DNA of 57,438 bases, counting the filler, from Catajapyx aquilonaris (lineage: Eukaryota): assembly GCA_000934665.2 (NCBI GenBank). It is 4 parts of 4 records of this genome, joined end to end, with 100 filler letters (N's around TTAATTAATTAA, not from the genome) between each part and the next. Parts side by side here need not be neighbours in the genome. Positions count along the whole stretch, not along the records: positions 28,780 to 43,062 come from JYFJ02007828.1; positions 43,163 to 57,438 come from KZ539740.1; 2 more parts are not named here. The stretch is one strand, 5' to 3'. Shown here piece after piece: positions 38,834-50,225 of the stretch. Positions within the stretch are counted from its first letter, which is position 1. Every line of letters starts with the position of its first letter. A program made the translations under genes and the position numbers. The notes beneath the pieces are model-generated. The model saw only the letters and a program-made list of their open reading frames with translations. It was not told the DNA's origin and made no database searches.

Positions 38834-39976
38834 ATATTTGTTGAAACCTATGAACATCACGTATGGGGTTAAATAACTCAGTACAATTGTAGAATTTTCT
38901 AAGACAATAAATATTATTTCTACATTCCACCGTATTTTTAAGACCCCAAGTCTGCTCATCCTGGGTAGCTTATCCATTTGGGCAAATACACTGTACTCCC
39001 GTTTATCCGGATTGTCCATGTTGCGGATTATCTGTGCATTGCCCCCCCAAACAAAAAAAAATAGGTCAGGAAAAATATCAAAATGTCTCGCAAGCAAAGA
39101 AATATAACAGACTTTTTCCAAAAGACAAACTAAAAATCGATGGTAAGTTTTATTATTTTGATTAAAACCTAGTTAAAGCAGAACCCACTATGTACAGCAG
39201 TTCATTTAAAACCTGTGAATAGGTCATTTTTATGGTATCTAGGACCATTTTAGGATTATCCATGTTTTTAAATTATCCAGTGACACTCGTGCATTCATTA
39301 GCATGGATAATCGGGTGTACAGTGTAGTTGTATACTTCTATTGTTTTATGTATGTTACATTGGGAAAAAACCCCAGGGGGTAAGTTACCTGGGGTGACCT
39401 GACTCAAGTTCTCTGAATTATTAGACCAACTTGTAAATACTGGTGAGGATATTTCATGATGGCATTGAATAATATATTGTGAGTTGGCTTGCATATGGTT
39501 TACACTTCAAAAGCTGGATTAATAAAAGCTGATGAAAAGAAGTTAGTGACTTAATTCCCAACTTTATTAACCCCTTTGGCCCCAGGACTCTGTTCCCCTT
39601 GTACCATCGCTTGCGCATGTAGGCTACTGGGACTGAAGGGGTAAAGCAAACTCGGTAATAATGGCTTTTGATTGTGGAAGGAAGAGAACCCTGAGAAAAC
39701 CCATTCAAACTCAGAGAGAACCAACCCATCAAAACTCTTTCCACTTGAGAAATAATTAAGTCTGACCTGGGAAAGACCATGGGATCTGAGACGTAGAAGG
39801 CTGTGCCATTAACCACTACACCTCCATGCCACGTTATCATATTTAAATTAGAAGCAAATGTAAAGTTCCTCTTTCATAGATAGGATGTACTGGACCTCAT
39901 AACCTTTTATAGACTGGGAAACTATCTCCTGTAGATATCTTGAATCCTTATCCAAGCAGTAGATAAAGACACCCTT

Positions 39977-39983
39977 TATAAAT
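39977..39983 (+). promoter_or_regulatory. Candidate TATA box of DHRS7 copy 2
   Basis: TATAAAT 52 bp upstream of the copy-2 ATG at 40029. Confidence 0.45.
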
Positions 39984-40028
39984 CCACTGGATGGATTTGG
40001 TATTGAACTGACTTAGTGCCCAGGCAAA

Positions 40029-42392
40029 ATGGATGTAAACTGGAAACATGGAGCTATACTTGGAGCAGTTGTATGTGAGTATGCTGTAATTGTGTTCTTG
40101 AAAATAGATGATTACTTGCAATTGTTAAGTAATTTGAAAATTTTGTAGGTTCATACATCATACTCATTAACATGTCATGGAGCAGCTTGTTTATAGTTTC
40201 CGTATTGTGTGTGACTGCACCTAGATTCCTGGCTGCTGCATTTACTGATGGGGACCTCACTCTCTTCTTGGCTGAGAAGTTTGGTTATGGCATTGGTGAG
40301 ATGTGTTCTGTCAGTTAGAATTAAATTAATTTCTAACAGAATTAATAACTGAACTCAATGAACAGTATGTTAAATAATTGCAGTAACATGCTGGCTGCTT
40401 TAGATTGGTCTCACGTTTTTCTTGGTTCATAAAACTTTCAATAAGTATCATCTGTGAACTTCAGATACACTGAAGGGCCAGGTGGTCTGGATAACAGGTG
40501 CATCCAGTGGAATTGGAGAGAGTCTATCAGTTTGCTTGGCATCCCATGGGGTCAAGCTGGTTTTGTCAGCTCGCCGAGAAGTGGAGCTGGAGAGAGTTAA
40601 GAAGCAATGTCTTTTGTCAAGAAAGTGCACTGAATCTAATGTGATGGTCCTTCCTATGGATGTTCAAGAAGAGGATAAGCACTCGGAGCATCTTCAGGCC
40701 ATTCTTGACAGATTTGGGCAGCTAGACATTCTTGTTAACAATGCTGGACGTTGGCAGAAGGCCATGTGGGAGGACATTGATCCAGAAGTAGACCAGCAGC
40801 TGTTCCGCCTAAATGTGTTCTCTGTAGTATCTCTCAGCAGGGTGGTGCTGAAGTACTTCTTGGGAAGAGACGGGGGACCAAAGGGGCACATTGCAGTTAC
40901 TTCAAGCATGGCAGGCAGGATCCACTTTCCATTTTCCAGTGTCTATGCTGGCTCTAAGCATGCTTTGCATGTAAGGCTTTTTGTAACGCTTTTTGTACTA
41001 GTTCTGTTTACATGTGTGAAGAAAAGAATTTTCCATAGTTCATACGTACATACGTAATAAAGACACTCTCAAACTCTGACAACCACAGACTCAGCAGTTG
41101 AATTATTCACTTAGCCAAAATTAAGTAATTGACAAGTACAAATATGTTTATTGCTTAAGTATTTGATTGTCATACAGAATTATAAAGGAAACATGTCTTT
41201 CATCTCACAGGGTTATTTTGAGTGCCTTAGGGTGGAGAAGGGAAGCAGTGGGATAAATGTGACACTGCTGTGCCCTGGAGGGGTGGCAACCAGCAACATG
41301 GCAGAGGGCTTCACAGCAAAACCTAACGAGGTAAATGAACTTAGAACAATGTAACATTAAGGGTGAGATAAAGGTCCCGGCGCTTATGGAGGTTGACATG
41401 TTAAATGACGGGTCTAATAACTCCGTAATTACTGAACAGAATGACATGATTATTTTTTCCCCATTCGTCACAGCATTCTACATCACTGGTGTGTTGAGCG
41501 ATTTTGCTCATTTGGTCCTTATTCTTCACAGGACATTATTTCCTCACATGCCTTCAAATTCCTCTCAGTTTCATGGTTTTCATAATTAACTGAATCTCTA
41601 AAACAGGTTTCGCTCAACATAGCCGTGACAAGGGTTGTTGTGTCGTGTTGTGTCAAAAATTTCACGTCATTCTGTTCAGTATTTACGGAGTTATTAGGCC
41701 CGACATTTAACATGTCAACCTCCATAAGCGCCGGGACCTTTATCCCACCCTTAAGTTCTGATTTTGTCAGCAGTTGAGTGGAACTACCTGGAGTACCTGT
41801 AAGTTAATATGCTAATTGGCATGTTTTCTTATCACAGGTTTTGTGATAAGAAAACATGCCAATTAGCATATTACTTGTTATGTAACATTTCCTGTAAATT
41901 CATGTTCTAGAAACAGCATGTCAATGACATTGACAATCCTGCATATCCGGTACCAATATTTTACATGTAAAATAATTTCCACTACTTTTTGTCTAACCCT
42001 TGTATGAATCTCATCTAGTTGAGAAACTAATTTTTGTATCATTTCTAGAAATATGGTCAGAACTCAGATGATGAAGCTGTACCTTTTCGCCTAACTTCTG
42101 AAAGATGTGGCTATTTATGTGCAGTTGCTTTGGCCAATTGCCTAAGTGAAGCGTGGATATTAAAGAGACCATTGCTTCTTATAATCTACATCTACAATTT
42201 TTTGCCTAATTTCATACACTCGTAAGTACTTTTGGTAATCTTCCAGGTGCTTTATGGATTTACTACACTTTTAACATAAACCTTCTGTCACAGTTTGAAT
42301 TTTTATTTTTCAGCATGATGTGGACTATGGGCCCCAAGTTTGCTCATCAGTTTCGCAATCAAAAATCTAAAGCTGATCAAAACAAGCACTGA
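40029..42392 (+). CDS. DHRS7: DHRS7-like tandem paralogue, copy 2 (356 aa)
   Basis: Exons 40029-40074, 40149-40295, 40465-40970, 41211-41330, 42049-42221 and 42314-42392 (1071 nt, open); same intron positions and phases as copy 1; TGASSGIG, NNAG and YAGSK intact; AATAAA at 42435. Confidence 0.93.
41361..41750. mobile_element. TTAA-targeting MITE with GGG...CCC ends (Kolobok-like)
   Basis: TTAA|GGGTGAGATAAAGGTCCCGGCGCTTATGGAGG...CCCACCC|TTAA with TIRs of about 85 bp. Confidence 0.85.
41805..41873. repeat. Perfect 32-bp-stem hairpin with 5-nt loop (intronic)
   Basis: TAATATGCTAATTGGCATGTTTTCTTATCACA-GGTTT-TGTGATAAGAAAACATGCCAATTAGCATATTA. Confidence 0.95.
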
Positions 42393-42517
42393 ATATTTCA
42401 AGTAAATCATTTGCATTGTTACATTTTGTAAGTTAATAAATTCTATTTCTATATGCTGCATTACATTCAATTTACACAGTACTTTCCACTTTTCACTACA
42501 TCAGGCCTTGGTCAGAG

Positions 42518-42951
42518 CAGGGAGCATATACTACATAAGAGGCGCAAACATTCGATTTTTTTCGTCTCTCTGTTTATCGCGTTGCCAAGGCTGGCGGCCA
42601 TCTTGAAGTGTGTGGTATGTCAACAAGGTATAAATAGGGTACAGGCAGGCAGTCAAGGTCCGCGGGGATTTGCCATCTTTGATAGTTTTGGGTGCCATGG
42701 AAATACACGGCAATAACAATTTACTTACCCATTTTCCAATATCGAATTCGAATTCGCGCGTGTTCTTGCAGTGTAGTTGCCATGGCAGCCAAAACCATCA
42801 AAGATGGCGGACCTTATTTTAGCCTGTACCCTATTTATACCTCGTTGGTATCCCACACACGTCAAGATGGCCGCCGGCCTTGGCAACACCCTATAAACAG
42901 AGAGACGCGAACAACAATGGCCCGACAGAAGTTTGCGCCTCTTATGTAGTA
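42518..42951. mobile_element. Palindromic MITE whose right TIR is interrupted by a Helitron end
   Basis: Left CAGGGAGCATATACTACATAAGAGGCGCAAAC; right GTTTGCGCCTCTTATGTAGTA stops at a Helitron CTAG terminus, at a position that would be an A|T site. Confidence 0.8.
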
Positions 42952-43062
42952 CTAGCAGGATACCTGGCGTTGCTCGGGTTATGAAATACTTTTCCGTAGG
43001 AGTGACTCATCGATTTGCAATAATTATGGCTATACAATGTTGGCATACCAGTGACATGGAGC
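42952..43062 (-). mobile_element. Helitron 3' terminus
   Basis: Minus strand ...ACCCGAGCAACGCCAGGTATCCTGCTAG|T (hairpin plus CTAG); a similar plus-strand end lies at about 32039-32066. Confidence 0.8.
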
Positions 43063-43162
43063 NNNNNNNNNNNNNNNNNNNNNNNNNNNNNNNNNNNNNN
43101 NNNNNNTTAATTAATTAANNNNNNNNNNNNNNNNNNNNNNNNNNNNNNNNNNNNNNNNNNNN

Positions 43163-46100
43163 GTTTTTAAAAGCGCGCCAGACGCAGGACCAATTGGGGC
43201 GAGGGAGGGCGGGGCTCAGGCCGCCTGTCTCTCTAGCCATGTACAGTTTGTTAATATGCCCCCGGGCACCCGTGGGGCCTCGAATCTGCAGCCTTAAGGA
43301 CCGTGTGTGAGTGACGGGAGCCTTTCGAAGTCTTGGAATCTTCTGAATTTTGAAAATTCGGCTTTCTACGGACGTTGCCACTGACGCACTGTTTGGGTTA
43401 CGGCTCCCATAGGCAACAGCATACTGGTGAGTTTGCTTACGTTTAATTACCTTCGACTCCGTTGCCGAGTGACTATGAATGGGGCCAGGAAGCGTTCACC
43501 TCGTGCTGCCAGTGCCGCTGCCAGTGCCAGGATTGCTGCGGCGGTGGCCCCATCTCCCTCGCCTGCTACCTCTACCAGAGTGCCTACCCTGAGAGATGCC
43601 CCATCTATTCGAACAGATGAGTCTACTGCTGGACCATTTGAGCCGACTCCACCACTGGCTGTTCCTACCTCGACGGATGCTAGAGTTACAAAGAGAAGGG
43701 CCAGGGCTACCAGGACGGTTGCAGTTCACACCACTCCGAGGTCTGATGTCTCTGCAGAGGCTGTCGTGACCACCAGTGGGTCTCCTGGTCCTGCCATTGA
43801 GGCCTCTGCTCGGAAAAGAAGCAGATTGCCCAGGGTTGTCCCGACCGCCTCCGCCACCACGGGTCCTGATGTGTTTCCTATCACGGCCGCGGCCGCATCT
43901 CCCTCGCCTGCTACCACTAACTCGAGGCCTGCTGTTGTAGACGGGGCCGACGTGACCACCAGGGGGCTTGCCTGTCCTGCCGGCGATTCCATTGTTACAC
44001 CCCAGTTAAGTCAACCCTCTTGGGCCAGCGGCCATCTAACATTTTTTTATCCAGTGCCCGATCCTCTGAAATGCCCGATGCCAGATTGCGACAGGAAGTA
44101 TAGGTGCTACACCTCCTGGTCGGCTGCCAAGCATTCTCTCATTAAACACCTGGAGAGTGGACATCGGCTGGGTATACTCAGTAATCCCTGGTATACCTAA
44201 GGTTACCATTCGATGCCAGTTTTGTCAGGAGGTTCCGGGTCTCCACCCTTCTACACACAAGTGTGGCAGCCCTTATTCGCAAATGCCGGCAACCTCCAAG
44301 TCAACCATCTCATTGCCCTTTCCTTGCATTGAATGTGACAATGCTTTCACCAGCAGTAGGGGCCTAATCAACCATGAGACACGGGCATGAGAGGTGGCAT
44401 AGAGATATTGAGCTGCGGGAGAAGGCCAACGCTCCTCCCATGAGATGTCGCCGTCCTATTCCTCCTCTGAGGAAGAGGGCGGCTGCGAATGATGACGCAG
44501 TTGCCATGACGACCCCTCTGCTGCTGGTGGTGCTTGCCCTCTTGTTGGTGCTCGTGGTCCTGACCTTCCTGATGGCGCTGATGTTGCCGATCTTCCTGCT
44601 GCTATGACGTCTTCCGTGAGGCACGCTGAAGTTCTCAGGCCTGACGGTGGTGGTGACAATATTGTGTGTACAATGATGCTGGTGGAGCTGCTCCTCTTGA
44701 TGGTGCTAGTGGTGCTGACCTTCCTGATGGCGCTGATGTTGCTGCCATGACGTCATCCTTGATGTACTCTGAAGTACACTGGTCTGGCGGTGGAGCGGCT
44801 GGTGGCGTAGGCCTTCCTGCACCAGCTGCTGGTGCTGGTGCTGGTGCTGGTGCTGGTGTTGGTGCTGGTGGTATTGGCCTTCCCGAGGGTGCTGGTGGTA
44901 CTTACCCTCCTGATGGTGCTGGTGGGGCTGACCTGGGCGATTTGGATGGTGGTGGTGACTTGGACGTGGATTCTGAGGGTGTTGACCCGCCCGATGATGT
45001 TGTTCGTGATGCTGACCTTTATGATGATGGCCCCTCTGATCACCGTGACCAGAATGATGAGGGCGACCCTGCTATCATGGAGGAGGTCTCGACGGGGGAG
45101 GAGCTTCTGTCACCGGATGGTCGGACGCCGATTCATGATTACCTCCCAGCCCTGGCTCGAATACGCAATATGGGCAGGACTGTGGAGGCTTGGGTCCGGT
45201 TTGAAGAGTTGCTCGAGCGGTTAACTGCCACCGCCAGGGAGACTGCCCGCATCCCCCCACCTTCTGACAACCATGGTCCTGCCAAAAAACCAATTGACGT
45301 CCATGACCCCAGAGCCATTCAACGGCTTTACCAACGGAACCGTAGGAAAGCCTTTAGACTTTTGATGGATGGGGAGGGTGAAAAGTGCCGTATTCCCAAG
45401 GAGACATTGGAGTCCTTCTTCATTGAGGCTTATGCAGAGAGGCCTTGGGACCAGGAAGTTTATGAGCAACGTCGTGCACGCCCTCCATTGGGTGTGTCTG
45501 ATTTCACGCCTGACGAGGTCATCCAGAAGCTAAAGAAAGCTGAGAGCACCGCGCCAGGAGATGATGGCCTCACCTACAGTCATTGGAGACTTCTTGATCC
45601 GGAAGGCGTCGCCCTGGCTGCCATCTTTAATTTGTGTCTCCTTCACCGCCGTATTCCCGACCCTTGGCGACAGTCTATTACCGTTCTTATCCCCAAGAAA
45701 GGTGACCTCGGGAATCCTTCCAATTGGAGGCCCATTGCAGTATCTCGTACAATAAATAAATTGTATTCGGGATGCTGGGCGGTGCGGCTGGGACGTTGGC
45801 TTGAGACACAGTCCTTCACTCGGCGCAAAAGGGTTTCCTGCCATTTGATAGAGTGATGGAGCACAATTTTGTCTTTCAACAACGCATGGGGGAAGCCAGA
45901 AGGAACAGGACCGACCTTTGTGCTGGGTGGCTTGACTTCTCTGCGGCCTACACTTCAATACCTCACGGGGCCCTTCGGGCAGCACTAGATGCAGCTGGGA
46001 CTGGAGAAACCTTCGGAGACATCGTGACCGACTTTTGCAGCGGCGGATCTACCAGGATCATCACGGAGGGAGGCCTCACTTGTCCTGTTCCCGTCAACAA

Positions 46101-47946
46101 TGGCATACGCCAAGGTGACCCGCTTTCATGCCTCCTCTTCAACTTGGAGATTGATGAAGTGCTCTGGAAGGTTCACCCTTACGGAGGCGCCAGACATCGA
46201 GTCCTGGCGTATGCTGATGACATTACCATCATCTCAGCGAACCCGGCAGAGTTGCAGGCTGGCATGGAAGTAGTGGAAAGAGAAGCGGCCCGAATTTCGG
46301 TCATGATGAACCCAAGCAAGACCGTTACCCTCCATTTTTCTGGTAAGACCCCAGTTGGTACCAGATCCACCTCCTTCCAACTGGGTGGTCGTGTCCTCGC
46401 GTCCTTGAAGGAAGGCGAGACCACTAAATTTTTGGGGAAGCCTGTGGGGTTCAACCTTGTCCCAGATTATGGCAGGGTGGAGAAGCGGTTGGAGATAGGA
46501 GAAACCATCCTGAGGTCCTCCCTGGCCCCTTGGCAGCGTTTAGATGCGTTAAAGACCTTTTTCTACTCGTCTTTGGTCTTTGCCATGCGCACCGGTCAGC
46601 TCCCTAAAAGCCAATGGAAGAGGATCGACGCTCATCTTCGGCCTCTGATAAAGCAAACACTCAACCTTCCCTCTCGGGCCTCCAATGAGTACCTGTACGG
46701 TAGTCGAATGGCCGAAGGGTGTGGCCTGCCACGTGCTGGGGATAATTCTGACATCTTCGTCATAGACACCGCTTTTAAGCTGTTGACATCCCCTGACCCT
46801 GGAGTGGCAGAATTAGCTGAAGCTGACCTTCGTTCTACAGTTGAGGCGCGTCTGAGCAGGGAGCAGGCCAGTGAGGCAGACGTGTTGGCTTTTCTGAACG
46901 GCTGCAACGAGGGGGAGTTCCGCCTGCGTAGCAATGCGCACCAGAATATCTGGACCGCCGCCAGGTCAGCTACATCTCGATTAGGGGTTTCCTGGACGGG
47001 GGTGGAGGCACAGCTGGCCATCGTCGCGGGGGCCTTCACTATTCGTTCCCGCATGAGGAAGGTGCTGGCGAGGACGATTCGTGGCGTGATTCAGCGCCAA
47101 CTCGACGAGCAGTTGAGGTCCAAGCCCAACCAGGGGAAGGTGGCAGAGTGTGTGGCCATGTCTTCTGCCTCCAGCCACTTTATCTCCAATGGACGCTTTA
47201 CGACGTTTGCTGACTGGCGGTTCATACACAGAGCTCGTCTGAACCTGGTTCCCCTCAATGGGGCCCGACCATGGGCGATCGACCAGCCGGAGTGATGCCG
47301 ACGGTGTCCAGAGCCCCGTGAAACCCTCCCTCATGTTCTCGGCCATTGCATGTGCCATGCAGCTTTCTACCAAAACAGGCACAACGCGGTGGTGGAGCGT
47401 GTGCGGAGGGCATCGAGGCTCAAGTTCTCTATCCTTGGAGACAACCAGAAGGTAATTGCAGATTGTCCCCAGCGACCTGACCTCGTCCAGGTGAGTGGCG
47501 ACACTGCGATCATCATTGACGTGACGGTGCCATTCGAGAACCGGAGGACGGCTTTCGAGGAGGCTAGAAGAAGTAAAGAGGAGAAGTACGCTGCCCTGGC
47601 AGAAAGACTCAAGGCCCGGTACCGGCAGGTTCATGCTGAAGCGATTGTAGTAGGGACTCTCGGGTCTTGGGACCCTGCCAACAATAAAATTTTGAGGAAG
47701 TTGTGTGGCAGGGCCTACCTGAGACTCCTGCAAAAACTTTGCGTTTCAGATGTTATCCCTTGGTCCCGTAAGGCCTACATTACTCATGTGACAGGGAAGG
47801 AGCAGTCTTAGGGGAATGTTGGGACGTGTATGTCTGTATTCACTTGTGCTTTTCACCTGTTGATATTGTTTTTCTTGCTGTTTTTGTGCTTTGTGTCCTT
47901 GGGACGTTTTGTCTTTGTACTGAAATGCTTTTGTCAATTAATAAAC
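43163..47946 (+). mobile_element. Degenerate RLE-type non-LTR retrotransposon, NeSL/Utopia-like
   Basis: Three N-terminal zinc fingers (CPMPDC..H.ESGH; CQFC..H...HKC; CIEC..F...GLINH); RT (APGDDG, NWRPI, EHNF, WLD, GIRQGDPLS, LAYADD, FLGKPVG, SSLAPWQRLDA); CRRC..ETLPHVLGHC knuckle, RHN, RPDL...IDVTVPFE...KEEKY, VGTLGSW. Disabled by frameshifts (about 44200, 44390, 45815) and an in-frame TGA at 47293. Confidence 0.92.
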
Positions 47947-47989
47947 ATTTTGGTATGGCCAATTACGTTCATAATTGGATAGATGATGC

Positions 47990-48790
47990 GTGTTGTCTCG
48001 AAGCTTCAACACAATATCACTCTTATTACCATGCTCCTGACCACTCATGATCACAGCAATCTAGCTCATTGCAAGAAGGTTGATTGAATCGACCACGATG
48101 CTCACCTTGTGGTCGTTTGTCTGCATCGATGACCAAGTCAAATTCCAGAGGAGGAGGACTCTCAAGAGCAAGTTTGAAGCTCTTGACATGAGTGGAATGG
48201 ATCATCTCCTGAAGTTGCAGTATGATGTCAAGGCGTGTGCCGTTTAAGTAGGTGCAACGGTATTCCGCCTGCTGTTGCATGTTCCCCACGAAGTAAAGTT
48301 GCAGAAACCGCGGACTCTGATTTTCTGAAGGAAGGAGTGATCCCATGCGATGGTAAATTTGCCCTTGCACTTTGAATGTAGGCAGGAAGCCCCCTTCTCT
48401 AACAACGTTGGCCCTAAAAGATGTCATCTGGAAGGCCGAATTGTAATTTCTGATGGTCTTCATGTTTTGAATAAGGTGATGTGACTATAAGAGTAGCATT
48501 TTAAGTAGCTGTGGAGGCTCAGCCAGGAGAGGAAGGCTAACCTTTCCATTGGAGCAACAGATCGTTTTTGTTTCACTCTCCCACTTCTTTGGCTGACAAC
48601 GGTGGCATACCTCTGACATAGATCCAATTGCAACAACACCGACGGAAGAATAGTCCATGTCTGCTGAGTAGTGGAGAGCGGCATTTAGGAGGTGGGTTGA
48701 TGAAAATGGAGCTAATCTCCGACTGATGGCCGCTGTTTCTCATAGAGTGGAGACATGCTTGGTGTTCTTCCTCAGTCTCTGGATCAGGTT
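47990..48790 (-). pseudogene. Helitron RepHel N-terminal fragment
   Basis: IGSMSEVCHRCQPKKWESE...CCSNGKVSLP.L.EPP, NYNSAFQMTSF, FKVQGQIYHRMGSLLP, FLQLYF, DADKRPQGEHRGRFNQPSCNE, DIVLKLRD; frameshifted. Confidence 0.9.
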
Positions 48791-49876
48791 CTTCGCATCG
48801 CGGGGTCCTCTCTTAGGGTCATTGAGATGGCTTGGAATGGGCGCGTGATATGGGGCTGGAGTACCACCCCAGGAAGACTGAGGCCCTTTTCTTTCCAGGT
48901 AAGAAAATCGAGAGTTGCCCGGTCATTAGGTTCCAGGGCGGCAGGATTAAGCCGAAGCAGAACATCTGAATACTTGGCCTCCGAGTTGACACGGCACTTT
49001 CTTGGATTCCGCACGTAGATGCTAGCGTCGCCAAGGTACGGAAGGTGGCCAGGCGGCTCTGGACTGGTGAGACATTGATGTTGATATTGGGTGGAATTTC
49101 CGTACCACTGTTGAGTTATCAGTATGCACTATCTAGCAGTGGGACAAAAATTCGAGACATTTTTTCGGACGTAAATGTTTACATTATGGCGATGCACGTA
49201 TTATCCGCACCCTGATAATCGGGAGTACAGTGTAATTGGATTCTATTGTTGGTTGCCAGTTGTGCCAACTCAATAACCTTCACTGACTCTATAAACAACC
49301 TGCCGGAAAACCAACAATATAGTACGTTCCAGGCTAATAATTCGAACGCGTGATATTTGCAACCCGCCTTCTTACGTTCGGTTCTACGCATTCGACGGTA
49401 GTCAGTTTCCGACACTGCACCGCAAGAAGTGCCCCGAAGACAGTGTACTGTACTTCCCATCTGTGAAAGCACCGCGCATGGGTAGGCCTATACGCGCGCA
49501 GTTCCTAAGCAGCCCGATCAGCAATGGTAGGCTATTGCATTTGTGTGAATGAAAATTTTGCATGGATTTTGAGCCCTGTAAGCCGCCAAAATGCTAGAAT
49601 TTCTAACTGACATTATTCTCCACCCGTCTCCACCAGTGCCTATGGCCATTTTTCAATAACCATCAGTGACCCGTGGCGAAGGGGGGACAGGTAGGGTATA
49701 GGTGGGGAAGGGGTAAAGGTCCGGCAGGGGACGATGAAGGCGGCGGGAGAGACAAAAAAAAGGGACCTTCTCCCAGGGAAGTCGATAGGCCTCACAAGTT
49801 TACTCAGTGACTTTGGTACATTGTTCTTATGGTTGCATAATATTACCACAACACTGTACTATGATAAACTCCCAAG

Positions 49877-50225
49877 GGTCGGGGAGGTGTAGATGGCCGA
49901 GATGGTAACGTCTCGGCTTGCTGAGTGAAAGGCCCCAGGCTCGATCCCCGCCTGGGGAACTTTCATTTCACCTGCGTCAGGAGGGTCTCTGACCTGCACC
50001 AAGGAGGTGTCTGGCAACCTAACCTCCTGGGGAACAGCACATGGCCCCGTTACAGATCTTGCACTTGCACTTGTGTTCCCTCCCCAAAAATCCCTACCCC
50101 TCCCTCCCCTACATCCTTGACTCCTTGCACCGGATATTGAAGTTAAAATCTAGAAAAATTGAGTGAAATGGTGGTATTCCACCCCCCTAAAAAGGCTCCG
50201 CCTTATCACGGGGTAACTTTAAAAA
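49877..50225 (+). mobile_element. tRNA-derived SINE, family A, copy 4
   Basis: A box and a near-consensus B box (GGCTCGATCCC); 11-bp TSD AAACTCCCAAG. Confidence 0.9.
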
